From Macrostomum lignano (Eukaryota), in contig NIVC01001868.1 of the NCBI GenBank assembly GCA_002269645.1, forward strand, positions 124,001 through 188,000: a DNA stretch of 64,000 nucleotides, given 5' to 3'. Positions within the stretch are counted from its first letter, which is position 1. Each line of letters starts with the position of its first letter. Shown piece by piece: positions 1 to 10,403 of this stretch. Position numbers and translations under genes: made by a program. Below the pieces are notes generated by a model, which was not told the DNA's origin, did no database searches, and saw only the letters and a list, made by a program, of their open reading frames with translations.

Positions 1-1440
1 TTCCTAAAATAAAAAATTGATTGCACCATTTTGTCTAATACTATACTAAGGATTATTATCTTGCCCTAATCTTTAATTGCTAACTATAAAGATGTTATAA
101 GATATTAATTTCTAATCTTAGCTGCTACCAGAAAGCTTCTTTATTTTCTAATGTAATACTTTGATAAACTTAAAATTGCAATATGTATTAGTATTATATT
201 ATATAAAGTTAGAATATATTATATATTATTAGCCCAAGTAGTCATAGTCTTATAGCACTATATATTTCATTTTATGTATTCTTTAGTTTAATCATTATAT
301 TCATTTTTATCAAGGGTTTCTTTCTTAGTCTAGGCATCACTAGGATCAGAGGGTCATAGCTTATATCCTAATAGATATTTGCCTTGAGGCAAGTTTTTAT
401 ATTTTTTAATCTTTATGTTTCTATATTCTGTTAGATAATTTTGCCTTCAAGCATTTCCTTATATTTCTAAATGTAAAAGAATTCTTTCTAAATAATTACC
501 AAAACAGAATATTATAGTTATGCAGTAACTGTAATAATAAAAAGGTATAATAGTATACATAATAATTTACCAATGTTTATGTCAAATGAACCAAAAAAGA
601 AGAGCTAAAGAATGCAATAGAAATTTGGGGGACAAAACAACATAGAATATGCATGAAATTAATAGATGCATGTAAATAAAACTAAATAACTATGACTAAA
701 TATGAATTCAATATGTAGTTACTATCAAATGTTTTGATTAGATAAATCTCTTTTTATTAAGACTTATTAAATATTGGGAAAAAGGCAACTCAAGCAATAT
801 CTGCTGCATGGCAAAATGTGCTGCAAAAAAAATCATTGTGGGAAAACCTTGGCTGGCACTTGCTAATAATTCACTCATGAACAAATTGCAATAGAGGAAA
901 TTCTTGGTGGGCAAATCTCAATGGAAAATTTGCTCATAGGCAAAATGCATTGCAGGCAAATCTTGATAGGCAATTTGTCTACAGGCAATTCTTGTGCTCC
1001 TTTATTTTCCAATAGGCTAATCTTACTATTCTATAATAAAAATTATTAACTGCAAAAAATCTATTTCTGTCCTACTTTTATATTAATAAAAAGGCTTCAT
1101 AATTAATCTTATGCATATATATATATATGCATAATATATCAGCTTATATATATATAAGCTGATCTGGCCAATCTGGCTAGGTAATAAGTTAAAGTTTATT
1201 TCCAAGGTGGTGACATTTTTGTATTGTAAAACACAATAGTTTGTATCACTACAAAATGTTTACAAATGTAGTTATGTTTTGAGAAACTTGTAAAGCAAGC
1301 TAGATAGCTTAAGAGTTAACATTTAGGGAGTTTTGAGTGATTGAAGAAAGAATTAAGATGCCTTGAAGTTAAGATTATTAATTTTTATTGCAAAAAAGCA
1401 AATACAAAAGCTATATATCTGGAAAGTTATTAACAAGTTT

Positions 1441-1800
1441 AAATGGCCTATCAACTTAAGCCTATAAAGTGGAGCCTGAGTGACCTATGTACACAAATAA
1501 TATGTCATTCTGCTTACAATGACACTAGGAAGCTGAGTTTGGCAAAAAGTGACAAAAATTGAATTTTGGATGGGGGAAAACAAGCAAGGGGATAATAAGG
1601 ACTCTACTTTATGAGCTTAAGTTGACATAATAGTCCTTAATTATCCTCTTGATTGTTCTCCAAGTCCAATTTTTGTTGCTTTTTTGCCAAACCCAACTTC
1701 CTAGTGTCATTGTGAGCAGAATTACATATTATTTGTGTACATAGGTTACTTGGCTATGTCTATATACTCCACTTTATGAGCTTAAGTTGACAGGCCCTTT
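1441..1800. repeat. ~360 bp imperfect foldback (MITE-like) element
   Basis: 1441-~1603 is the imperfect reverse complement of ~1632-1800 (e.g. GTACACAAATAATATGT, CAATGACACTAGGAAG and TTTGGCAAAAA are shared). The spacer 1604-1631 is itself a copy of the terminal ACTTTATGAGCTTAAGTTGACA. Confidence 0.8.
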
Positions 1801-2030
1801 GGAAGTGAAATTGGGCCTCAGTTATTTTTTGAGTATTTTTAATTACTCATATTTATTCATAACAAATATAATATTATTCCAGAAACTGTTCTGCGGTTGC
1901 AATACTAAATTATTAGCAAATCATCCAGCATGTGCATATGCTAAAAATAAGAAATTTATTGGTGCAATAAAACACTTTTGACTTTAACAAGAGACTAAAG
2001 AAATTTGAGACATCTTAGAAACAGTAATCG

Positions 2031-3051
2031 ATGTACAATTCGCCAGTGCTAGCATGGACTCACGCAGCCCCAGGGTCCTCTCAGCAGCAGTCGCAGCAGC
2101 ATCCAGCATCAGTACAGCCGCGCCAGGTCAGTGTTGATGAAGAGTACAGCCAGCCGTCCGATGCCCAGGGCTACATGCCAGCCGCCGCTAGCAGCAGGCC
2201 CAAGCAGCAGCAGCAGCAACCAGCCTTTCAGGTAGTCCCGGCCGAGAGCTTCTACAGCGAGCCGACCCCGGCGCCCACGGCTCCGCCGTCAGCCGCCATC
2301 GGATTCCGGCCAATCCAGCCAGCCGGCGTCAGCGCGGCGGCGAAGCCTCAGCCTGCCAAGGTGCCAGCCCTGTCGGTGCTGAACCACCATCCCGCCAGCC
2401 CGTTTGAGCCGGTACAGCAGCGGGTCAAACCAGGGCCGCTGTCGGGCGCTGCCAGACCGAGCACCATCATCAGCGCGCAGCCGCTAGCTGCTGAGCGATT
2501 GCCTTCGAGTACTGGAAGTGCTGTTGCTGCTGCCGCTTCCGCCCCCACAAGTTCAGCGCTGGCCCCAACAGCAACTGGTGGCAGCTTGTACGGTGACACG
2601 GCCGATTCCTCCTACGAGGAAGCCTGGGATATTCGCATGCAGAAGCGCGGTATCACGCTTGGTGGAAGACCGCTTGCCCCGGCCGCCGCTGCACCCGCTG
2701 CTGCTGCTGGTGCGGCTCCGCAAGCCGCTGCGCCGGGCGAGCCAGACTACGACTATGCGTACGGCAGTGGTGGCGGCGAGCTGCGCCACGCGATGCAGCG
2801 CTCGCTCAGCCTGCAGGATCACCAAGGCGGCGGCGATGCGCGGCCAGCTGTGCCAGCTCGCTCGGTCGCCGCAACCGCCGCTGCCGGGCATCCGCCGATG
2901 CTTCAAGAGCGCCGGTCGGATGAGGACCGAGTGTCCATCGGCAGTTATGACGAGCCGTGGGAGGGTGGCGGAGCGGCCGCGGCCGCCGTTGGTCGGGCAT
3001 TTTTACCGGTTGAGACTCATCGGACTGCAGCGCAGACTGTGCAGAAGCCTG
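2031..3051 (+). CDS. SHB/SHD/SHE/SHF-family SH2 adaptor, coding exon 1 (Pro/Ala/Gln-rich, Tyr motifs)
   Basis: ATG at 2031 with an in-frame TAA upstream at 2025. Repeated Tyr motifs YSQP, YSEP, YEEAW, YDEPWE are typical of this family. Donor G|GTTAG after 3051 (phase 1) matches the phase of the next acceptor. Confidence 0.8.
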
Positions 3052-3415
3052 GTTAGCGCTACTATCTACTATTAGTTGTGTATTTTAAAGAAATTGTTAT
3101 AGATGTCAATGAAGTTTTTCATTCTATCTCAATTTGTACCTGTTTGGTATGTCAGGTTACCATGGAAATAGCATTATAGCATAAATTCCATGGTCTACTG
3201 TTTAACTGTACAAATGTACAGTAATTAGCGGAGCAAGTGAGCAGATAGCGGGCAAGAATATTGCATACGAGCTACAGAATTGCTAAAGCAAAAATTGCCT
3301 TTGAAACGGATTTTTTACTTATTTGCCTCTCTCACTACTTTTGCTACGCTAAACATGTCAGTAGAATAGCTAACTTATTTCCAACACACAACCGCGTCTA
3401 TCAATTTTTTCTCAG

Positions 3416-3930
3416 TTGTGCCCGGCTTTCCCATCGCGGTGCCGCCGCCTGTGCCTCCTCACAAGACGCAGCAACAGCATCAGCAGCATCAGTCCGGATC
3501 TCCGCCAGTCCGGCTCAGATCCACTGTCGCTGCCTCTGGCATCAGACAGTCGCAGCCGGCTCAGCTGGTCCGTCAGGAAAGCGGCCCAGCCGCCGCAGCC
3601 TCCGGTGCTTCATCATCCAGCTCGGAACCGCTGATTGACTCAAACCTAGCCCTATCCGACCAGCCGTGGTTCTATGAGGTTGGCGTGAATCGCCAATCGG
3701 CCGAGTCGCTGCTCAAAGCCTATCCCGAGGGCGCATTCCTGGTGCGCACCTGCGAATCGGACACCGGCCAGTATTCGCTGAGTCTTCGCGGCCGGATTGG
3801 GTCGCAATTTTTGCATATGAAAATTGAGCGCAACAAGGCTGGCCAGTTTGTACTAGGCCAGTACTCGCAGCCCTTCCAGTCTGTGCCGCTGATGATTCGC
3901 CACTATACTAGCAACATTTTGCCCATTAAG
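3416..3930 (+). CDS. SHB-family SH2 adaptor, coding exon 2 (most of the SH2 domain)
   Basis: Acceptor TTTTTTCTCAG| at 3415. Encodes WFYEVGVNRQSAESLL...FLVRTC...YSLSL...FLHMKI...FVLGQYSQPFQSVPLMIRHYTSNILPIK, the SHB-type SH2 C-terminal signature. Donor AAG|GTGAGC after 3930 (phase 0). Confidence 0.9.
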
Positions 3931-4998
3931 GTGAGCATCTCTACCCCACACTTTGCACTGCTAAGCTTTGGATAAACGGCAGGAGTAACTATGACTGTTT
4001 TATTAGGGTAAATGCCTCGTCGTCTAATTAGTACTACGTTTGTATTCTTTCGGGCAGGCGAGTTACCCCTGGTCCACCACAATCATGTATGAAGCCTGGA
4101 AAAACAGCCATGACCCGAGAGGGCCACGGTCACCGCCCTGATGTCCCTGTGGTTGAGTCCAAGCAGGGGACAGCCGCGCGGGATTGCCAACAGTCGGGGG
4201 CGTTAGCCCACCTCTACCTGTGCTTTGAAGCCACCCAATTAATTATCCTAAGAATCTCGATAACCCCAAAAATGGCATCGAGCTATGCTGATGAGTCATG
4301 ACAAAAGGCTATGACGCAGAGAAACCCAGACTGGAGAGGCGGGAGTTAATTTAAGCGACATTTTTAGCAACCTTTTAAGCTTCAAACTGCTGCCAATTCA
4401 GTGTTACACGTCTGGGAATTTTTTGCACTCCAACGCAGTTCCGTTGCCCCTAAGAAAGCGAGGGAGGCCGCTTTGCTCTCAGGAGAGCAAGAGAGAGAGA
4501 ATTGAGAAAATGACATATGAAATCGTTCGGTTCTGTTTCTTAGCCGCCTCTCGGTGCTTAGTGTGCAATTGCAGGCCCAAATATCGCTAAGGTTGCTCTG
4601 TCTCTACAGTTGTTCTGCGCTGTGCCTTGCTATTTCTCTTTTTCTCTCTCAGTCTCTGCCTCTTAGTGGGGCTGTGTACTCCGCCCCCCCCCCCCTCTAA
4701 GTCCTGACACTCGCTGACTGTAAGCGTTCGAAGAGAGTAATCTTCGTTTTCTCGGTGTGTCGCGCCCGGGCCCAACAGAACACAACACACGGGGCCGCTT
4801 CCTATTTATTTACACTAAGTCCATAGCCACACGACACATTTTGCGCGTCAGAGTATGCGGGCCAAGTTTGATTTTCTATGTATCTTATTAACATGTGTTT
4901 GCCTCCCTGTTCATCTAACTTGGTGGTGCTCACCTATTGCACTGGCTCTTTGTCTAGTAATAACCCTATACAATCCCTACAGTGGAAATTCAAACAGG

Positions 4999-5871
4999 CT
5001 ACAATCACACTGGTTCCCTACACAATCACACTGGATCCCTACACAATCACACTGGTTCCCTACACAATCACACTGGATCCCTACACAATCACACTGGATC
5101 CCTACACAATCACACTGGTTCCCACACAGGCACACTGGTTCCCACACAGGCACACTGTTTCCCACACAGGCACACTGATTTCCACACCACACAGACAAAC
5201 TGGTTCCCACACAGGCACACTAATTCCCACACAGGCACACTGGTTCCCACACAGGTACACTGGTTCCCACACAGGCACACTGGTTCCCACACAGGCACAC
5301 TGGTTCCCACACAGGCACACTGGTTCCCACACAGGTACACTGGTTCCCACACAGGTACACTAATTTCCAAACAGGTACATTGGTTCCCACACAGGTACAC
5401 TGTTTCCCACACAGGTACACTAATTTCCAAACAGGTACACTAGCTGGTTCCCAAACAGGCACACTGGTTCCCACACAGGCACACTGGTTCCCACACAGGC
5501 ACACTGGTTCCCACACAGGCACACTGGTTCCCACACAGGCACACTGGTTCCCACACAGGCACACTGGTTCCCACACAGGCACACTGGTTCCCACACAGGC
5601 ACACTGGTTCCCACACAGGCACACTGGTTCCCACACAGGCACACTGGTTCCCACACAGGTACACTAATTTCCAAACAGGTACACTGGTTCCCAAACAGGC
5701 ACACTGGTTCCCACACAGGCACACAGGTTCCCACACAGGTACACTGGTTCCCACACAGGCACACTGGTTCCCACACAGGCACACTGGTTCCCACACAGGT
5801 ACACTGGTTCCCACACAGGCACACTGGTTCCCACACAGGTACACTGGTTCCCACACAGGCACACTGGTTCC
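4999..5871. repeat. 20-21 bp minisatellite (CACACTGGTTCCCACACAGG), left part
   Basis: Direct tandem units, with 21-bp ACAATCACACTGGTTCCCTAC variants at the left edge. Interrupted by the LTR element. Confidence 0.95.
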
Positions 5872-6121
5872 TGTTCTGTTGTTGAATTAACGAACGCAGA
5901 AACAAGATAGATAATTATCCGGGCGCTCAGTGGCACCGAAAGAAGGGGTTTGGCCAATAGGAGGGCGGCTCGTATATTTATGCACGCGGGGAAGGAAAGT
6001 TCTAGAAAGACCGGGGAAGGAAACTTCTGGAACTATGCGTAAACAAGTCCGCGGTGGAAGTTTCTAGAAACGCTGTCCCCGAACTACCCCTACGCATCGC
6101 ATGCCTTTGCAATACACAACA
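5872..6121 (-). repeat. 3' LTR (250 bp)
   Basis: TGTTCTGTT...ACACAACA on the + strand, direct repeat of 10154-10403. Confidence 0.97.
5973..6070 (-). promoter_or_regulatory. 3' LTR copy of the HSE x3 plus TATA promoter
   Basis: HSEs at 5995-6007, 6020-6032 and 6057-6069; TATA at 5980-5973. Confidence 0.8.
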
Positions 6122-6135
6122 TTCTTCCCCTCCTT
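6122..6135 (-). other. Polypurine tract
   Basis: AAGGAGGGGAAGAA directly abuts the 3' LTR on the minus strand. Confidence 0.9.
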
Positions 6136-6169
6136 CAAGGAGTCCAACAGTCCCCAAGCTTCACTTTAA

Positions 6170-9100
6170 TCAGTCCCAGCGGCAGTTCATGAAGCGTATC
6201 GGCGGGTGCCTGGCTCGCTCAGATCGGCGGGGCGCTGCTGTTCTTGCCGGAGGCTCCGCCGCCGGTGCCGCCGGTGCCGCCGTGCCGGCTCCGGTCGTTG
6301 GCGCCGAGTCCACCAGTGGGTCGAACCGCTCTCTCGGCTGCGCCGGGTGCGGCGTTCGGATCAGCCGCTGCTGGTTCCATCTGGTGCCGTCGCTGAGCTC
6401 GACCGCGTGGTGTCCCGCCTGACGGAGCACTTGTAGTGGCCGTGAGAGGCGGGTACCCAGCTTGCCCTTCTTGGTGGGCCGTCGGATTCTCACCCAATCG
6501 CCGGGGTGGAACGTCTCGGGGCGGGCCCTTCGTCTGGCATCGGTGTAGGCCTTGATCCGCTGCTGCCGCGCTTCGATTTGCTGCCGCAGTGCCTGAGGCG
6601 TCGCCTCGGTCGTTGTCATTCCCCCTCCGGGAGACAGCATGGTGATCGCGGTGCGCCACTTCCGACCCAGCATGAGCTCGGCCGGTGACTTGCCCGTCAG
6701 GCTGTGCTTGGAGCTCCGGTAGGCAGACAAGAAGTTGGTCACGGCGTCTTGAAACGGCCTGTTCTCCGCCATGGCCGCTCTGATGCTGGCGAGCAGCGAC
6801 CGATTGAGACGCTCCGTCTGGCCGTTGGTCTGCGGATGGTAGAGGCTGGTCTTGACGTGCCGGATGCCCTGCTCGGCCAAGAAGTCCGAGAACTCGCTGC
6901 CAAACTGCGGGCCGTTGTCCGTCAGCACCTTCTCGCACAGCCCCCACCTTGCGAACAGGCTGCGCATCGCACGGCAGATGGTCTCCGTGGTGATGCTGGC
7001 CGTCGGGATGACCTCCGGCCACTTGCTGTGCAGGTCCGTCACGACGATGAGGTACCTGCTAGAGGCCGGCGCCGCCTGCAGTTCTCCGACGATGTCCACG
7101 GCGATCTCTGCCCATGGTGAATCTGGCCAGCGTATGGTCTTGAGCGGGGCCGGACTGACCTTAAAGTTCTTCTCGGCTGTCTCGCACGCTACGCAGTGTC
7201 GCACGAAGGTCTCGACCGCCTTGTCCATGGCGGGCCACCAGACTGAGTCGCGGAGCGCCTGCTTGGTGCGCACGATGCCCTGGTGCCCTTCGTGAGCCTG
7301 CTCGAGAAGCTGGCCGCGGAGAGACTCCGGGATGACCGCTCTCTCCTGGAAGGCAAGGCATTCGCCGTTGTTCCAGACGCTTAGCTGTTCGCGCACCTTC
7401 CAGAGCGCCCGCAGCTCGACGTCGTCGATGTCAGCTGGCCACCGGCCGCTAATGACGCTCCTGATGGCTGTCCTCAGTGTCTCGTCAGCTGCGGTCCCTG
7501 CGGTAAGTGCTTCCAGTGTGACCGCCTTGACTCTCGGGCCTGGAGTGTCGGGCAGGTGGATCAGGTTTAGCTCCGATCCGCTGCTCCACCGGGAAAGCAG
7601 ATCGGCAACGTAGTTGCTGTTTCCTGGCAGGTAGCGCACGTGGAAGTCGTACTGCAGCAGCCGGTCGCACCACCTGTGGATCCGCAGTGGCCGGTGTCCC
7701 GTGCCGGTCGGTCCCAGAAGCAGCTGCTGCAGCGCCTGATGATCTGTGCGCAGCTCGAAGTGGCGACCGTAGAGGTAGAAATGCCACTTCTCCATCGCCC
7801 AGAGGCTAGCCAGTGCCTCGCGCTCGTTCGCGGCGTAGCGCTGTTCCGTCGTCGTCAGCGCTCGGGCGGCGAAGGCGACCGGTCGCTCGACGCCGTCCTG
7901 GATCTGCGACAGCTGGGCTCCGATGGCCTTGGCGCTGGCATCCGTGGTGACGATAGTGTCGGCCTTCGGGTCGAAGTGGGCGAGCGTCGGTGCCTTGCTG
8001 ATGGCGTCCTTCACTGCTTCGAACGCCCGTTGGCACTCCGGCGTCCAGTCGAAGTTGGAGTCGGCCTTCAGGAGCCTTCGAAGCGGCTCTGTGATGTCGG
8101 CGTAGTGCGGCACGAAGCGCATCAGGAAGTTAGCGGCGCCTAGGAATGACTTCAACGCCTTCTGATCTCCGGGCTGCCGGATGTCCCTGATGGCCGCTGT
8201 GGCTGACTCCGTTGGCCGGATGCCGGCCTCCGAGATCACGAATCCGAAGAATTCGACCTCTTTCTGCTTGAAGGCGCACTTCTGCTTGTTCACCGTCATG
8301 CCCTTGTCCTCGAGGCGCTGGAGCAACTTCTCCAGTCGTCGATCGTGCTCCTCCTCGCTGCGCCCGTACACGATGAAGTCATCCAAGATGTGCTCCACTC
8401 CGTCGAGGTCGGCGGCCTGATCGTCGAGCATGCGCTGGAAAGCAGCTGGTGCCGATGCCAGGCCGAAGGGAACTCGACGATAGCGGAAGAGCCCCTTGTG
8501 CGTGATGAAGGCTGTCAGATTGCGGCTCGATTCATGCAGCTGCATCTGCATGTAGCCCGACTTCAGATCAATCTTGCTGAACACTCGGCCACGGCCTTTC
8601 TTGATCTTCGAGGCAATCTCGTCCAGCTGTGGCATCGGGTGCTTGTCGACGATCAGTGCCTTGTTCGGCTCGCGAACGTCGACGCAGATTCGGATGCTGC
8701 CATCCTTCTTCGCCGTCACCACTAGATTGGAGACCCACTCGCTAGCGTTGACTCGCTCGATGATGCCGTCCTTCTCCATCTTGTCGAGTTCGGCACCGAC
8801 CTGCTCCTGTCGCATGAGGGGCAGGCGGCGGAGTGGCTGCTGGACGGGTCGCACTGCTGGGTCGACCTTGGGCTGGTGTACAGCGCCGGTGCAGCATCCT
8901 ATCGCACCGCTGAAGGTTGTTGGGTACCGCGCCTGCAAGTCCGCCGTCAAGTCGCTGACCTCCGCGATTCCGGGCGGCTGCCCGCTAAGGTCGACTCGGA
9001 AGCCCAGCTTCTCCATCAGGTCTCTACCGACGATGTTGTCGCCGCCTGGCGCAACGAAGAACCGGTGCTGCATCGCCTTTTCGCCGTAGCGCACCTCCAG

Positions 9101-10141
9101 CTCGGTGACACCACTTAGCTGGATTGGCAGTCCGCCGTAGGCACGCAGCTTCGTCGTAGTGGGAGAGGTGACTGCACCTGAGATCCGATCGGCGGTCTGT
9201 CGGGACAGCAGCGACACCCTTGCGCCGCAGTCCACCATCAGGCTGACAGCGGTCCTGTCCGGTCCGAGTTCCAGCGTCGCCCGGACCTCCCTGTCGCCAC
9301 CCGGCACTGCGTAGACTGTGATCACCTCGTCCGCGGCATTGACAGCAGCCTGCTGGCTGCGACAGCAACTCCGGAAGTGGTTCTTCTTGCCACAGGCCTC
9401 GCATGTCTTGCCCTTGGCCGGACAGGGGGTCGTCGGTCCGTGGTCTCGCCCACAGCGCGTGCAGGCGCCGCCGGGTTTGGCCGTCCTGCCAGCTGGTGCT
9501 GGGCGGTGCCTCCCCTTTGCAGCGACCTTCTGGCCCCTCGGCTGTCGGATCGATTGGACGGCTGCCGTGCTCGAGGTTGATGGCGCCATCGCCTTGGCTT
9601 CTTTGGAGGCTTCCTCGATGGAGACCGCGATGCTGAGCGCTTTCGCCAGGTTGAGGTCCTCCACCTTCTCCGTCAGCAGCCTCTCTCGGATTCTGGGGTT
9701 ACTGGTCTTCTCAGCCAGCTGGTCTCTGATGAGATCGTCCTGTATCGCCCCGTAGTTGCACAGCTCCGTCAGCTCCCTCAGGGCTGCCACGAAGGTCTTG
9801 ACGTCCTCGCCGGGTAGCTGCTGGCGCTGGCGGAAGCGATATCTGGCTACCATCACGTTGGGCTTCTCGCCGAAGATCTTCTCGAGCTCCGCCTTAGTTG
9901 CTGCGAACGTGTCGTTCTCCTTGATTGCTTGGCGTGCTCGAGCAACCCGCTGACCTTCGAATCCAAGCAGATGGAGCAGAAGGCTCTTCTTCAGCGGTTT
10001 CGCCTCTTCCTTCCCTTCGGGCTCCTTGAATTGGGCCGCCTCGTAATAAAATTCAAAGGCCTCAATCCATCGGCTCCATGGTACTGTCGGTGATCCGCAG
10101 TTCGCCAGGAAGGGCGTGGGTGCGGGGATGCTAGCCGCCAT
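6170..10141 (-). CDS. Gag-Pol polyprotein (gag, two Zn knuckles, aspartic protease, RT, RNase H, integrase), ~1323 aa
   Basis: Gag WSRWIEAFEFY; CTRCGRDH...C and CEACGKKNHFRSCC knuckles; protease LMVDCGA; RT FSKIDLKSGY...PFGL...HILDDFIVYG; RH TTDASAKAIGA...EREAL; IN HEGHQG...CVAC, VDIVG, TDNGPQF, NGQTERLNR. Confidence 0.97.
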   Translation of the reverse strand: MAASIPAPTPFLANCGSPTVPWSRWIEAFEFYYEAAQFKEPEGKEEAKPLKKSLLLHLLGFEGQRVARARQAIKENDTFAATKAELEKIFGEKPNVMVARYRFRQRQQLPGEDVKTFVAALRELTELCNYGAIQDDLIRDQLAEKTSNPRIRERLLTEKVEDLNLAKALSIAVSIEEASKEAKAMAPSTSSTAAVQSIRQPRGQKVAAKGRHRPAPAGRTAKPGGACTRCGRDHGPTTPCPAKGKTCEACGKKNHFRSCCRSQQAAVNAADEVITVYAVPGGDREVRATLELGPDRTAVSLMVDCGARVSLLSRQTADRISGAVTSPTTTKLRAYGGLPIQLSGVTELEVRYGEKAMQHRFFVAPGGDNIVGRDLMEKLGFRVDLSGQPPGIAEVSDLTADLQARYPTTFSGAIGCCTGAVHQPKVDPAVRPVQQPLRRLPLMRQEQVGAELDKMEKDGIIERVNASEWVSNLVVTAKKDGSIRICVDVREPNKALIVDKHPMPQLDEIASKIKKGRGRVFSKIDLKSGYMQMQLHESSRNLTAFITHKGLFRYRRVPFGLASAPAAFQRMLDDQAADLDGVEHILDDFIVYGRSEEEHDRRLEKLLQRLEDKGMTVNKQKCAFKQKEVEFFGFVISEAGIRPTESATAAIRDIRQPGDQKALKSFLGAANFLMRFVPHYADITEPLRRLLKADSNFDWTPECQRAFEAVKDAISKAPTLAHFDPKADTIVTTDASAKAIGAQLSQIQDGVERPVAFAARALTTTEQRYAANEREALASLWAMEKWHFYLYGRHFELRTDHQALQQLLLGPTGTGHRPLRIHRWCDRLLQYDFHVRYLPGNSNYVADLLSRWSSGSELNLIHLPDTPGPRVKAVTLEALTAGTAADETLRTAIRSVISGRWPADIDDVELRALWKVREQLSVWNNGECLAFQERAVIPESLRGQLLEQAHEGHQGIVRTKQALRDSVWWPAMDKAVETFVRHCVACETAEKNFKVSPAPLKTIRWPDSPWAEIAVDIVGELQAAPASSRYLIVVTDLHSKWPEVIPTASITTETICRAMRSLFARWGLCEKVLTDNGPQFGSEFSDFLAEQGIRHVKTSLYHPQTNGQTERLNRSLLASIRAAMAENRPFQDAVTNFLSAYRSSKHSLTGKSPAELMLGRKWRTAITMLSPGGGMTTTEATPQALRQQIEARQQRIKAYTDARRRARPETFHPGDWVRIRRPTKKGKLGTRLSRPLQVLRQAGHHAVELSDGTRWNQQRLIRTPHPAQPRERFDPLVDSAPTTGAGTAAPAAPAAEPPARTAAPRRSERARHPPIRFMNCRWD

Positions 10142-10152
10142 CCTCGTCGCCA
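10138..10152 (-). other. Primer-binding site, tRNA-Ser(GCT) type
   Basis: TGGCGACGAGGATGG lies 1 nt after the 5' LTR and is complementary to the 3' end of eukaryotic tRNA-Ser(GCU) (...CCCAUCCUCGUCGCCA), recalled from memory. Confidence 0.85.
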
Positions 10153-10153
10153 A

Positions 10154-10403
10154 TGTTCTGTTGTTGAATTAACGAACGCAGAAACAAGATAGATAATTAT
10201 CCGGGCGCTCAGTGGCACCGAAAGAAGGGGTTTGGCCAATAGGAGGGCGGCTCGTATATTTATGCACGCGGGGAAGGAAAGTTCTAGAAAGACCGGGGAA
10301 GGAAACTTCTGGAACTATGCGTAAACAAGTCCGCGGTGGAAGTTTCTAGAAACGCTGTCCCCGAACTACCCCTACGCATCGCATGCCTTTGCAATACACA
10401 ACA
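10154..10403 (-). repeat. 5' LTR (250 bp)
   Basis: Direct repeat of 5872-6121, followed on the minus strand by the PBS. Confidence 0.97.
10255..10352 (-). promoter_or_regulatory. 5' LTR promoter: three heat-shock elements plus TATA box
   Basis: GAAagTTCtaGAA (10277-10289), GAAacTTCtgGAA (10302-10314) and GAAgtTTCtaGAA (10339-10351) lie upstream (element sense) of TAAATATA at 10262-10255. Confidence 0.8.

Larger units (their letters stand above)
5872..10403 (-). mobile_element. Full-length Ty3/Gypsy LTR retrotransposon, Mag-like, very recent insertion
   Basis: Two 250-bp TG...CA LTRs (5872-6121, 10154-10403) that read identical by eye. 5-bp TSD GTTCC (5867-5871 and 10404-10408). PBS, PPT and one uninterrupted gag-pol ORF with order PR-RT-RH-IN. 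Confidence 0.97.

Noticed and set aside
4270-4330. Hammerhead-like CTGATGA followed by a GTCATG/TATGAC stem
   Set aside because: The stem is followed by GCAGAGAAAC rather than GAAA, and no consistent stems I and III or UH site could be built.
4855-5957. Repetitive ORFs (HTGSHTGTLVPTQ, VCLCGNQ...) and similar ORFs over all other satellites and microsatellites
   Set aside because: They are translations of tandem arrays on both strands with no splice or domain support.
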